A DNA stretch of 64,000 nt from positions 7,953 to 71,952 of the forward strand of contig JBGSMO010000487.1 in the NCBI GenBank assembly GCA_041740115.1, written 5' to 3'. The stretch comes from Pirellulales bacterium (GTDB taxonomy: Bacteria > Planctomycetota > Planctomycetia > Pirellulales > Lacipirellulaceae). The first letter of the stretch is position 1. Each line of letters starts with the position of its first letter. Under the pieces are notes generated by a model. It saw nothing but the letters and a program-made list of their open reading frames with translations. It made no database searches and was not told where the DNA came from. Of the stretch, positions 9,113-18,688 are shown in pieces. Position numbers and translations under genes: made by a program.

Positions 9113-9814
9113 TTAGAAGGCCTTGTAGCGATCGTAGAACTTCGAGAACCAACCTCGTTCGTAACCCTCTCGCACCATGCCGACTTGTTTCGCCTTAATC
9201 TTTAGATTGACGATTGACTCGCTGGTGACGGTCCGGTCGGGCTGGATCGACTCGCGGCTCACTTCGCCGGCGAGGAACGTCTTCCAGTTTTCTTCGTTGT
9301 TTTCGACGTCCCAGTTGGCTTCGATGTAAAGGTTGCCGTTGGGACGAATGTCGATGACTTCCGCGGCGATTTTGAACGACATCGCGTCGCGAAGTTCGAG
9401 GTCGGACTCGGCCCGGTACTGGCTATTGTTGATGCCCGAAATGCGAGGATCGCCGGCCAGTTGCGGGGCGAGGCGGATCGATTTGCCGTCGAAGGCGAGC
9501 CAGCTGGTGAGGGCCTGGTTGAGGAACGAGTTTTTCCGCTGTTCCGCGTCCCCTTCGCTGATCATGCGGGTGCGGTAGTCGACGATCACCACTAGCGTAT
9601 CGTGGAGTTGCACCTCGCGGGGGCGATGGTCGGCGGGCAGTTCGCGGAACATGAACGAGCCGTTTTCCATCGTCAGCGCTTGCTGTTGTTGCGATCGAAC
9701 GGGCTCCAGCAGCAGGCTGCTGTCTTGGGCCGATGCGACGCCGACGCCCAGAGTCGCCGACGCGATGAGCGAGGCGGCAAGGGACGAACGGCGGATGGGA
9801 GAAGAGTGGTGCAT
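9113..9814 (-). CDS. flgH: Flagellar L-ring protein FlgH
   Basis: DTLVVIV, AAEVIDIRPNGNLYIE and GEVSRESIQPDRTV motifs; located between flgA and flgI. Confidence 0.88.
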   Translation of the reverse strand: MHHSSPIRRSSLAASLIASATLGVGVASAQDSSLLLEPVRSQQQQALTMENGSFMFRELPADHRPREVQLHDTLVVIVDYRTRMISEGDAEQRKNSFLNQALTSWLAFDGKSIRLAPQLAGDPRISGINNSQYRAESDLELRDAMSFKIAAEVIDIRPNGNLYIEANWDVENNEENWKTFLAGEVSRESIQPDRTVTSESIVNLKIKAKQVGMVREGYERGWFSKFYDRYKAF

Positions 9815-9839
9815 GAGTGAGTTTCCGGTGAAGAAGCAA

Positions 9840-10886
9840 TTACTGGGCCGGAGCTGGATTGGCGGCAAGTTCGGCGGCCGAGGCGCCCGCCGTGAAGATT
9901 TCGAGTTCGCGGACGCCGATGACGCGAGCGGCGTAACGTTCTTTGCTAGCGAGCGATTGAACCATCACCAGATCGCCCATCCCGCCATCTTGCTGAGCCA
10001 TCGCGTAAGTTCGCACCGAAACGCCGGCGGCGCGGGCACGGACGCTGACGCGCTCGTTACGGCGGACGATGACCGGCGTGCGGAGCTGATTGGCCTGCAC
10101 GATCGAATCGGGGCGGATGCCTTGGACCGCCTCGTGGCCGACGACCGCTTCGAGCGACATAGCCGACTGCGAGGGGAGGGCGCCGAGGTGGGGGCGGAGC
10201 TCGACGTCGCTGCGGCGGACGAGGTCGCCCCTTTTGATCGGCTGCACGGCGAACACGGCCATTTCGAGGCGGTCGATTTTGGCGTAGAGGAGCGTCAGCG
10301 GTTGATTCGCTTCGCCGAGCAGCGTTAGACGCTGGCGCCCGATCCAGGGAGCCTCGCCGCCGCTCAGCTGGATCCGATCGCCGACTCGCTCCGCATATTC
10401 CGCCAACTTGCCGTCGGCTTCGACTTTGACGTTCCAGAGGTCGTGGCCCGTCTGAGCTTGAAGGTATTGCTTCACGGCGGCGGATAAGCGTTCGCCGGCG
10501 AGTTGGATTTCCTCTTCGGTCCGCAGGACGGGACGGCTCGGGACTTGGCGTTTCGACGTCTCAGCGGCGGGAACCGCCTCGGCGAGGACCGACACCACCA
10601 CCGTACCGCCGAAGCGCACATCGCGAACGTCGACGCCGCGCGAGGCGACCAGGTCGCGGATTTCAGCGAGCCGCAGATATTGCTGCGTGCCAGCAGCCGG
10701 CGTTGGGATGAGCGGAGTGGCGGCTAGCTGGCTGCGGAGCGCCTCGTCGTCCGCCTTGATTTCGGCGACGTCGCCCAGCAGGACGACCGAACCGCGGGCC
10801 TCGACGCGATTGCGGAGGATGACCTCCGTCGCCAGCGCAGGCGACGCAGCAAGCAGGGCGACCAGGATGAGGAGTAAGCGTGACAT
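9840..10886 (-). CDS. flgA: P-ring assembly chaperone FlgA
   Basis: Signal peptide, V.LGDVAEI N-domain, SAF-like IKRGDLV and C-terminal GGMGDLVMVQS. Confidence 0.88.
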   Translation of the reverse strand: MSRLLLILVALLAASPALATEVILRNRVEARGSVVLLGDVAEIKADDEALRSQLAATPLIPTPAAGTQQYLRLAEIRDLVASRGVDVRDVRFGGTVVVSVLAEAVPAAETSKRQVPSRPVLRTEEEIQLAGERLSAAVKQYLQAQTGHDLWNVKVEADGKLAEYAERVGDRIQLSGGEAPWIGRQRLTLLGEANQPLTLLYAKIDRLEMAVFAVQPIKRGDLVRRSDVELRPHLGALPSQSAMSLEAVVGHEAVQGIRPDSIVQANQLRTPVIVRRNERVSVRARAAGVSVRTYAMAQQDGGMGDLVMVQSLASKERYAARVIGVRELEIFTAGASAAELAANPAPAQ

Positions 10887-10898
10887 GGCTTCGTTCTG

Positions 10899-11705
10899 CT
10901 AGTAGCGGCGGAGATTTGAGGCGACTTGCATGATCTGGTCGCCCGTTTGGACGACCTGCGAATTGAGCTCGAACGCACGCTGGGTGGTGATCAGGTCAAT
11001 CAATTCCTGCACCGGCTGGACGTTGGAGGCTTCGAGCACGCCCTGGCGGACGGTGCCCATGCCGTTCGAGCCGGGAAGCCCGTCGACGGGGAAACTTGAG
11101 GCGTCGGTCTGGCGGTACAAGTTGTCGCCGAGCTTGATGAGGCCGTCAGGGTTGAGGAACTGTGAGAGGAGGATTTGCCCAGCGTTCTGCAGCGAGGGAT
11201 CGGAGGCGGTGCTGTATTGCACCTGGCCGTCGGTGGTGATGACGATGTTGGTCGCTTCGATCGGAATCGAAATCGGCGGGTCGATCACGAGGCCATTCTG
11301 AGCCGAGCCGAGAACGACTTGGTTGTTGGCGTTGATGCCGAAGTTACCGGCTCGCGAGTAGAGGGTCCCGCCGTTGGTGGCGTCGTTGACGCGGAAGAAA
11401 CCGTCACCTTCGATAGCCAGGTCCAACGGGCGATTGGTGGTCTCGAAGGCGCCCTGCTCGTAATTCGTTTGCGTGCTGGAGACGCGGGCACCGAGACCGA
11501 CTTCGACGCCGGTTGAGGTAATATTGCCGTCGGCGTCGAGGGCGCCAGGGTAACGGATTTGGCGATAGAAGAGGTCCTGGAAGTTGGCCCGATCTTCCTT
11601 GAACGCCGTGGTGTTAACGTTCGCCAGATTATTGGCAATGACGTCGAGTTTGGTCTCGAGGGCGTCCATGCCGGTGGCGGCGGTGTAGAGGGTTTGAACG
11701 CTCAT
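10899..11705 (-). CDS. flgG: Distal basal-body rod protein FlgG
   Basis: LYTAATGM...IANNLANVNTTAFK...FQDLFY; LEASNVQPVQELIDLITTQRAFELNS. Confidence 0.96.
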   Translation of the reverse strand: MSVQTLYTAATGMDALETKLDVIANNLANVNTTAFKEDRANFQDLFYRQIRYPGALDADGNITSTGVEVGLGARVSSTQTNYEQGAFETTNRPLDLAIEGDGFFRVNDATNGGTLYSRAGNFGINANNQVVLGSAQNGLVIDPPISIPIEATNIVITTDGQVQYSTASDPSLQNAGQILLSQFLNPDGLIKLGDNLYRQTDASSFPVDGLPGSNGMGTVRQGVLEASNVQPVQELIDLITTQRAFELNSQVVQTGDQIMQVASNLRRY

Positions 11706-11730
11706 GGCAGTATCGAGAAGAGGGTTTTGA

Positions 11731-11821
11731 TGTAGCCCCTGGCTCCGCCAGGGGATGACGCCACGCAGGGCGACGATTGCCGGAGTGGTTTACCTACCCT
11801 CTGGCGGAGCCAGGGGCTGCA
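11731..11821. repeat. REPIN-like doublet (GTAG-type REP), copy A
   Basis: GTAG + CCCCTGG-CTCCG-CCAGGGG hairpin and an inverted second REP (20/21 pairing); near-identical to 61811-61900. Confidence 0.85.
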
Positions 11822-11825
11822 ATTC

Positions 11826-12584
11826 TTAGGTTCGCGTCGAGAGGAGTCGATTCACCAAACCGCTGATCATGTTGTCTTGGTGTTGAATCATGCGGGTGTT
11901 GGCTTCGTAGGCCCGCGAAGTTTCGATCATCGCCATCATCTCGCGGGTCGGGTTGACGCCCGATTGCTCGAGATAGCCTTGGCGAACGTCGCGCTCGCCT
12001 TCGCCCACGGGCGTCACGGGAGCCAGGGGACGGAAGAGGTTGTTGCCCATCTTGACGAGATCGCCGTTTGACTGCGGCTTGGCGAGGCCGATCTCGGTCC
12101 ATTCGCCATTCTGAACGATGTTGCCGCCCGGGTAGATTTCCCAGCGGCGGGTGTTGTCGATGAGGATTTCGTTGCCGTCGGTGCTGAGGACCGGCATATC
12201 GTCTTGCGTGATGAGCCGGCCGTTGGCGTCGATCGTGAAATTGCCGGCCCGCGTCAGATAGACATTGCCGTCGGGGGCCTGAACCTGGAAGTAGCCTTCG
12301 CCGTTGACCGTGAAGTCGGTCGGAATGTCGGTCTGGCGAAGGCTTTTCGATTCGAAGTCGGTTTCGACGTCGATGATCTTGACGCCGCCGCCGACGTCGT
12401 TCTGCTTGCCGCTATGCGGATAGTCGCTTTGCTGCTGGATCGCCTGAGCGAAGCGGGCCTGGAAGACGGGGATGTCGCGCTTGAAGCCGACCGTCTCCAT
12501 GTTCGCCATGTTGTTGGCGATCACTTCGAGCCGTTGCTGCTGAGCTTGGGCCCCTTCGGCGGAGATGTACATGCCGTAAGGCAT
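11826..12584 (-). CDS. flgF: Proximal basal-body rod protein FlgF
   Basis: MPYGMYISAEGA...IANNMANMETVGFKRD; YLEQSGVNPTREMMAMI; immediately upstream of flgG. Confidence 0.85.
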   Translation of the reverse strand: MPYGMYISAEGAQAQQQRLEVIANNMANMETVGFKRDIPVFQARFAQAIQQQSDYPHSGKQNDVGGGVKIIDVETDFESKSLRQTDIPTDFTVNGEGYFQVQAPDGNVYLTRAGNFTIDANGRLITQDDMPVLSTDGNEILIDNTRRWEIYPGGNIVQNGEWTEIGLAKPQSNGDLVKMGNNLFRPLAPVTPVGEGERDVRQGYLEQSGVNPTREMMAMIETSRAYEANTRMIQHQDNMISGLVNRLLSTRT

Positions 12585-12820
12585 CGTTCGACCAGTGCAG
12601 GCGTTGCCCCCCTGCATGTCGGTGGACTGGCTCTACGCACGCGGCGTGCCGAGAGTGACTTAGTAAGAATCACTTGAGTTTTCGCGAGATGCGAGCGACT
12701 GTTGACGTTTGCAGGCTAGCGGCGCCAGCGGCAGAAGGCGCCGATCGGCGCCGATTGGCAATCGGCAGAGGTTGCCGATTGAGACCTCGGCACGTGATAG
12801 GATCACAAACGATCTTCTGG

Positions 12821-12917
12821 CTCCCTCCCAATGGTGGGAGGGCAGGGGAGGGGGGGAAGAAGCCTGGTACACGCTGCTCATCACCCCTCCCTAACCTCCC
12901 CATCAAGGGAGGGAACC
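12821..12917. repeat. CCCTCCC/GGGAGGG-type palindromic intergenic unit
   Basis: Hairpins 12824-12841 and 12895-12912, plus cross-pairing of 12846-12853 with 12884-12891. Confidence 0.7.
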
Positions 12918-12949
12918 ACAGGAGTGAAACTACAACGAGTTAAATACCG

Positions 12950-13906
12950 CTAACCCTGCTTAGCGGCGAGAATGATCTCCTCGGCGCCGAGCTTACGGAG
13001 TTCTTCCGCGGCAGCGAGGCCCGCCGCTTCAGCCTCGCGGATGGCCGCGATTGCGTCGTGCGTCGGCAGGTTCGCAATGATGGAACTGCGGAGGACCTCA
13101 CGGCCATCGAGGCTGGCGACGAGACCATCGACGCGCAACAACTCGCCGTCGACGCGGCCCCAAGCGGCAATCGGGGCCGAACAGCCGCCATGGAGCTCAG
13201 CGAGGATCGTGCGCTCAGCGACGATGCCAATGCGAGTGGGGGGGTCGTTCAATTGGCCGACGATTGCTTGCGTGGCGAGGTCGTCGGCACGGCACTCCAG
13301 CGCCAGCGAGCCCTGGCCCGGCGCCGGCAGCATACGGGGCGGTTCGAGAAGTTCGGAAATGCGCGACGCCCAGCCGAGCCGAGTGAGGCCGGCGGCGGCG
13401 AGAATGATGGCGTCGTACTCCCCCTCGTCGAGTTTGCGGAGTCGCGTGTCGACATTCCCGCGAATGCCGGCGACGTGGAGATCGGGCCGCAGGTGAAGGA
13501 CTTGCGCTCGACGGCGGAGGCTGCCGGTGCCAATGCGGGCGCCAGCAGGGAGTTCGGCCAGCGAGGGGACGGCGTTCGTCACCAGGGCGTCGGCGACGTT
13601 CTCGCGCGGCGGCGTGGCGGCAAGGACCAATCCGCTGACTTGTTCGGTCGGCAGGTCCTTCAGACTGTGAACGGCGATGTCGACTTCGCCGGCGAGGACA
13701 GCCGCTTGGATTTCTTTCGTGAAGATGCCCTGCACGCCGATATCGGCGACGGGGCCGAGTTGCTCAACGTCGCCGCGGGTGGTGATCTCGACGATTTCAA
13801 CCTGGACGCCGAGCCGCGTTAGTTCCGCGGCGACCCAGTCGCTCTGCCAGCGGGCCAGCTTGCTGGCGCGGGTGCCGATGCGGAGCGGGCGATCGAGAGG
13901 CATCAC
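12950..13906 (-). CDS. hemC: Hydroxymethylbilane synthase (porphobilinogen deaminase)
   Basis: LRIGTRASKLARWQ, DIAVHSLKD, GTGSLRRRAQ, RGNVDTRLRKL and GGCSAPIA motifs. Confidence 0.97.
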   Translation of the reverse strand: MMPLDRPLRIGTRASKLARWQSDWVAAELTRLGVQVEIVEITTRGDVEQLGPVADIGVQGIFTKEIQAAVLAGEVDIAVHSLKDLPTEQVSGLVLAATPPRENVADALVTNAVPSLAELPAGARIGTGSLRRRAQVLHLRPDLHVAGIRGNVDTRLRKLDEGEYDAIILAAAGLTRLGWASRISELLEPPRMLPAPGQGSLALECRADDLATQAIVGQLNDPPTRIGIVAERTILAELHGGCSAPIAAWGRVDGELLRVDGLVASLDGREVLRSSIIANLPTHDAIAAIREAEAAGLAAAEELRKLGAEEIILAAKQG

Positions 13907-14835
13907 GTTTCCGGACTGGAGGCCGGCAATGGGGGCGCTGCGGGAAGCTGGCGGAACGTCGACGATTTGTAGACCTGTTGCGGCGGCGTCACGACGCCGC
14001 AGCTCATGATGAATTGTAACGCCTGCTCCATCGTAATGTTCAGGTCAATGGTTTCGCTCCGTTTTACGGTGCAGGTGAAGCCCGTAAAGGGCATCGGCGA
14101 GGTCGGGATCAGCACGGCGAGCACCGGTTCGTTGGCCGCGCAAGCGAGGTCCAGCAAGCTCTCGCCGGTGACGAACGCGATTTGCCACACGCCCTTCCGA
14201 GGATACTCGACCGCCACAATGCGGGTGTAGGCGATCTCGGTTTCGGTGAACATGAAGTCAGTCACTTGCTTGACCGACGAATAGACGTTGCGGATGAGCG
14301 GCAGCCGCGTCACGCCCCGTTCGAATTGCGTCCAGAAGAAGCGGCCGACGCCGGCGGCCAGAAACTTTCCAAGCAGGTACAGCGTCAGCACGAAGACGCA
14401 AAGGAAGATCGGCACGACGATCCGCCGTTGCAGGTATTTGTTCTGGACGTAAATCCGGTAGACGCCGTCGGCAGTGGCAGGCATCGGGCCGCGGCCGACG
14501 ACTTCGGCGACTTCGTCGTAATCGGCGGCAGGGATGTACTGACCGTCGGCGGTTTGTCGGTAGGCGACCCCTTCGATCAGGGCTCGACCTTTCACTGGTT
14601 GATCGGGCGGGACAAGAGCGGCCGGGATAATGCTCTTTTCGTGATAGTCGACCAGCAGCGTCCGCGCGCCATTCTCCAGCGGCACGAGCAGGTAGTCGGC
14701 GATCGTGTTCCAGACCCACAGCAGGATGACGATCGTCAGCAGTGGCGGGAGCAAGATACCCAAGCCGCGGACGATTGCGCGACGAAAGGGGTCGAGCGCA
14801 CTTCCGGTTTTCGTCGTTGGCTGGGGGGAGGACAT
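13903..14835 (-). CDS. DUF502 family membrane protein
   Basis: RGLGILLPPLLT, RLPLIRNVYSSVKQ, VAVEYPRKG and IPTSPMPFTGF motifs. Confidence 0.85.
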   Translation of the reverse strand: MSSPQPTTKTGSALDPFRRAIVRGLGILLPPLLTIVILLWVWNTIADYLLVPLENGARTLLVDYHEKSIIPAALVPPDQPVKGRALIEGVAYRQTADGQYIPAADYDEVAEVVGRGPMPATADGVYRIYVQNKYLQRRIVVPIFLCVFVLTLYLLGKFLAAGVGRFFWTQFERGVTRLPLIRNVYSSVKQVTDFMFTETEIAYTRIVAVEYPRKGVWQIAFVTGESLLDLACAANEPVLAVLIPTSPMPFTGFTCTVKRSETIDLNITMEQALQFIMSCGVVTPPQQVYKSSTFRQLPAAPPLPASSPET

Positions 14836-14897
14836 TGGAAAGCGGAGAGCGGAAAGAATCGGGAGGGGGAGTCGTTTGGCGGGTTTTATAGCTTGCT

Positions 14898-15049
14898 TTA
14901 GCCGTTGGCGGGTGTGCGGGCGAGGACCAGCACGGTGACGTCGGCGGCGCCGGCGCGGCGCAGGACGCGGGCGGCTTCGCTGCAGGTAGCGCCGGTCGTC
15001 AGAATATCATCGACGATCAGCACCCGGGCGGCCGCTAAATGATAGGACG
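14898..15049 (-). pseudogene. comF: comF 3' fragment (PRTase core), separated from its 5' part by the integrated element
   Basis: Manual translation SYHLAAARVLIVDDILTTGATCSEAARVLRRAGAADVTVLVLARTPANG*. VLIVDDILTTGAT is the PRPP-binding loop. An in-frame TAG lies 3 codons upstream inside the element, so the fragment has no start codon. Confidence 0.95.
15035..15049. repeat. Left attachment core (15-bp direct repeat)
   Basis: CTAAATGATAGGACG, identical to 27275-27289. Confidence 0.96.
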
Positions 15050-15093
15050 GGGAACGCTAAACGGTAGTGACTTTTGGAGGTTTTGGACCGGAC

Positions 15094-15112
15094 GCAACGC
15101 GCAAAGCAACGC
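15094..15112 (+). repeat. Putative integrase arm-type site (left)
   Basis: GCAACGCGCAAAGCAACGC, identical to 27138-27156; 45 bp inside the left core. Confidence 0.8.
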
Positions 15113-15251
15113 GCGCCGATTATCCGGCCGGTTTTGCTAAGATACGACACTGCTGGGCTCGGGGACTAATTACCCCCACAGGCCCCGGCCGTCAGCGGAC
15201 CACACCCCGCGGCGGCCGGGACCGGCTCGGCTCTTTGAAAGGTGTGGAAGC

Positions 15252-15875
15252 ATGGACGAATGGCAACCCCCGAAGTTGGGCGCAACGCTCCGAATGCTCG
15301 TCAAAATGCGAGTTCTCTGCCACCGGGAGTTTGATGCGCCGCCATACGCTGGATGCAGCATTTCCGAAGCAGAGTATGAGGCCGCCGGCAGTGACGGCTC
15401 AACCGAGGTCGGCTACGTCTCTTGGCGGACTCGCTGCGAGCGATACTATCGGATTCCGCGAGGGAAGTTCGATGACTTTGAGCGGTTGAGTTCGACGTTG
15501 TGGGGCATTAACAATGCGATATTGTCCATCAAGGCCGCCAAGTTATTGATTCAGCTTGGAGAGCCCGTAAGCGTCATCGCGACAGAGTGCGAGAGCATAG
15601 CGACTTCATGCTTCGTTGTTGGGTCGCAACTACGCCGGTACGCAGACGTTTCAACTCACCGCGAAAAGTCGACGCCCGTTCGCGTGTCGCAATTCGCAGA
15701 CATAGCGGTGGCCTCGAAAGCACGTGATGAAATCAAGCGGCAATTAAGATCGCGGTTGCCCTGGACTGCAGCAACGGACCGCGCCGCGACGACGCTTCGG
15801 AGCCATGGTATCCAAACAACTGGAAAAACCCTTAGGAACAACTTCGCCGACTTGAGGCCCGAAAAGGCGAAGTGA
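15252..15875 (+). CDS. Hypothetical protein (element)
   Basis: 207-aa ORF with no recognised motif; first gene of the element. Confidence 0.65.
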   Translation: MDEWQPPKLGATLRMLVKMRVLCHREFDAPPYAGCSISEAEYEAAGSDGSTEVGYVSWRTRCERYYRIPRGKFDDFERLSSTLWGINNAILSIKAAKLLIQLGEPVSVIATECESIATSCFVVGSQLRRYADVSTHREKSTPVRVSQFADIAVASKARDEIKRQLRSRLPWTAATDRAATTLRSHGIQTTGKTLRNNFADLRPEKAK

Positions 15876-16010
15876 AACGCGGAAACAACCCCGTAGCTTC
15901 CGAAAACTTGGCGGGAAATTACCCCGTCATTTCCGGGAATCATTGGTGACGCCCCTATCGTGATTGCAGTGCCGCACACAGCGGCAAGCACACGACAAAG
16001 GGAGCGACCA

Positions 16011-16214
16011 ATGGTAGCCGCAGCAAACTCACAGCAGCCTCTGCAAGTCAGCGAGCGTGAAGCCGCTCGCATTCTCGGCGTCTCACCGAAGACGCTCTTC
16101 AATCGTCGCCAAGCCGGCAAGATCGGCTTTGTTCGCGACGACGGCCGGATTCTCTACCGGCTCGACGAACTGCAGCGCTATTCCAAGGCCCGGGAAGTCC
16201 CGGCCGTTCTCTAA
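16011..16214 (+). CDS. Excisionase/AlpA-like winged-helix DNA-binding protein
   Basis: LQVSEREAARILGVSPKTLFNRRQAGKIGFVRDDGRILYRLDELQRY fits the Xis/MerR-like HTH pattern; SD AAAGGGAG before ATG 16011. Confidence 0.85.
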   Translation: MVAAANSQQPLQVSEREAARILGVSPKTLFNRRQAGKIGFVRDDGRILYRLDELQRYSKAREVPAVL

Positions 16215-16308
16215 CCCCCACCACCGCCTGGCTGTCCGCGCATTAAAACGCCCGGACGCACCGAGGGCTCAATTTCGGTGGCCGGGCAAAATCGAAAGGA
16301 CTATCCCC

Positions 16309-16554
16309 ATGATAGGGACCATTCAGCTGCAAACCAAGGCTTGCATGGTTTGCTTTCGTGCTGACTCCGTCGCCGGCAAAACTGTCAGCGGCAAGCAGGC
16401 TTGCTCTCAGTGTTGGAGGAACGACAGAGCTGCTGCAAAGCGTCGCGGCAAGATGCGGCCGGGCGTTTGTGCGACGGTCAACGCTTCACTGCCTTCGGTG
16501 AAGCATGTCGCCTCTCTCCCCGGTCAACTCGGCCTCTTCGGGGAGGGCGAGTAA
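16309..16554 (+). CDS. Small CxxC-CxxC (possible zinc-binding) protein
   Basis: SD GAAAGGA before ATG 16309; CMVC...CSQC; stop overlaps the next start (TAATG). Confidence 0.65.
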   Translation: MIGTIQLQTKACMVCFRADSVAGKTVSGKQACSQCWRNDRAAAKRRGKMRPGVCATVNASLPSVKHVASLPGQLGLFGEGE

Positions 16555-16934
16555 TGCAACACCAACCGCCCCCTGCCGTCCCAGTAATGCTCACCGGCCT
16601 ACTCCACGAGAACGGCCAACTCTTCACCGTGTTCGCCGCCGGCGACTCAGAGCGGATCATCGAAGCCGAGCTCTACGACATTCTGCCATTCGATAACTTC
16701 CGTCAGCACGTCCACGAGCGACTCGACTTGCGAGTCGTCTACCGACGCGGCCGTTGGTTCGCCGACGTGATTGAAGCCGCTGAGCGTGGCGGAATCGCAA
16801 TCGAGGTGGACGACCTCACCCGTTGCATCTGGTTGAACGATCGCCAGTTGAGTTACGCCGAAGCTGGATACGCTGCCGAGATTATGCTTTCGCCGGTTGT
16901 CCGTCTAGCCGGCAAGCTGGGGGTGGCCGGATGA
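16554..16934 (+). CDS. Hypothetical protein (element)
   Basis: 126 aa; translationally coupled on both sides (TAATG and ATGA overlaps). Confidence 0.7.
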   Translation: MQHQPPPAVPVMLTGLLHENGQLFTVFAAGDSERIIEAELYDILPFDNFRQHVHERLDLRVVYRRGRWFADVIEAAERGGIAIEVDDLTRCIWLNDRQLSYAEAGYAAEIMLSPVVRLAGKLGVAG

Positions 16935-18688
16935 TTGCAGCCCCGCATGGAATCGCGATTCTCGACGCCCTGGAAGGCGTGAAGTCGAACGGCCAAGACT
17001 CGTGGATGGCTCAATGCCCTTGCCACGAAGATTCAACCGCCTCGCTATCGATCACCCGCGAAGGCGACAAGACGCTCGTTTACTGCCATGCCGGTTGCGA
17101 CACTCGCGACGTGGTCGCCGCTTCTGGTTTGACGATGGCAGACCTGGGGCCGCGTAACGCCAACGGTTCAGCTCCGCACGTCGATAAGGTTTACGACTAC
17201 CGCGACGCTGACGGCTCGCTGATATCTCAAGTCGTGAAGATGCTGCCGAAGGATTTCCGCCAACGTCGGGCGGACGGCACGCCGAGCGTTAAGGGCTGCA
17301 AGGTCGTACCGTACCGGCTCCCTGAAATCGTCCGGGCTGATCCCGCGGCGCCCGTGTTCGTCGTCGAAGGCGAAAAGGATTGCGACAACCTGGCGAAGCT
17401 CGGCATCATCGCAACGTGCAACGCCGGCGGCGCTGGGAAGTGGCGGGCGGTTCACGCTGAGCACCTGAAGGGCCGGCACGTCGTCGTGCTTCCCGACAAC
17501 GATGATCCTGGCCGCAAGCACGCCGAGCAAGTTGCTGCGACGCTCGCGGGCATCGCCCGCAGCGTGAAGACGGTCGAGCTCCCCGGCTTGCCCGAAAAGG
17601 GGGACGTTTCGGATTGGCTCGCTGCAGGTGGGACCGCGGCGAAGCTACTGGAGTTGGCTGCGGAATCGTCCGACGAAGCTGCGGCGTTCCCTAAGTTCAC
17701 GCTCGGCGAACTGACTGAGAAGTTCCGCACGCTCAGCCCACCGGTGATTCACGGTTTCATCCGCGAGGGTGAGACTGCCAACTTCATAGCGAATCCGAAG
17801 ACCGGCAAGTCGTGGACGATGTACGGCTTGGCCATCAACGTCGTCACTGGGTCGGATTGGCTGGGATTGTTCCCAGTCTCTCAAGGTCGCGTGCTGCTGA
17901 TCGACAACGAACTTCACCCCGAGACGCTTGCTCACCGCATCCCGGCTGTTGGCAATGCTCTAGCTAGGCCGTTCGAGGACTATCGCGACGGCATCGACAC
18001 ATGGTGCCTTCGCGGCAATCTTCGCAGCCTGCAACAGTTGCTTGTCGAGTTCCGCAAGTCGGTCGAGCCGCGTCAGTACAAGCTGATCATCTTCGACGCC
18101 AAATATCGCTTCGCGGCCGAAGGCACGAGCGAGAACGACAACGCGGCGGAGACGGCTGTTTACAACCTACTCGACCAGATCGCGGCAGAGACGCGATCAG
18201 CCCTGATCGTCGTTCATCACGCGAGTAAGGGCGGCCAATCTGACAAACGCGTTACCGACGTTGGCGCGGGAGCCGGTGCTCAGAGCCGGGCGGCTGATTG
18301 CCACATGGTGCTGCGCGAGCATGAGGACGAGGGTATCGCCGTGCTCGACGCTGCGGTGCGATCGTTCCCGCCGGTGGCGCCAGTGGCTTTGCGTTGGTCA
18401 TTCCCGATCTGGATTCCCGACGAGTTCGCGGACGCTGCCAAGCTCAAGGGCAAGCAAACCCGCAATGAGGAACGGACGGCGGAGCGAGACAAAGAGGGCA
18501 TCGACAAGATCATCGCCGTGCTGATCACCGGGCCCGCGACAGCCAGCGTCATTAGGCAGGGGACCGGAATCAGCAAAGACCGGTGCGACCGCCTACTTAA
18601 CAAGCTCACTGCCGACGACCAGATCCGCGTGGAGATGGTGAAGGTGAAGGGCAATGAATGCCGCGAATACCACGTTGTCGATGGTTGA
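16931..18688 (+). CDS. Primase-helicase (Zn finger + TOPRIM + RepA/AAA_25-type helicase)
   Basis: CPCHED...CHAGC zinc site; VFVVEGEKD and VVVLPDNDDPG TOPRIM motifs; Walker A ANPKTGKS; Walker B LIIFD; C-terminal wHTH-like segment. Confidence 0.92.
   Translation: MIAAPHGIAILDALEGVKSNGQDSWMAQCPCHEDSTASLSITREGDKTLVYCHAGCDTRDVVAASGLTMADLGPRNANGSAPHVDKVYDYRDADGSLISQVVKMLPKDFRQRRADGTPSVKGCKVVPYRLPEIVRADPAAPVFVVEGEKDCDNLAKLGIIATCNAGGAGKWRAVHAEHLKGRHVVVLPDNDDPGRKHAEQVAATLAGIARSVKTVELPGLPEKGDVSDWLAAGGTAAKLLELAAESSDEAAAFPKFTLGELTEKFRTLSPPVIHGFIREGETANFIANPKTGKSWTMYGLAINVVTGSDWLGLFPVSQGRVLLIDNELHPETLAHRIPAVGNALARPFEDYRDGIDTWCLRGNLRSLQQLLVEFRKSVEPRQYKLIIFDAKYRFAAEGTSENDNAAETAVYNLLDQIAAETRSALIVVHHASKGGQSDKRVTDVGAGAGAQSRAADCHMVLREHEDEGIAVLDAAVRSFPPVAPVALRWSFPIWIPDEFADAAKLKGKQTRNEERTAERDKEGIDKIIAVLITGPATASVIRQGTGISKDRCDRLLNKLTADDQIRVEMVKVKGNECREYHVVDG

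Noticed and set aside
12700-12790. Sigma-54 promoter upstream of flgF
   Set aside because: The TGGC...TGC words are not at GG-N10-GC spacing.
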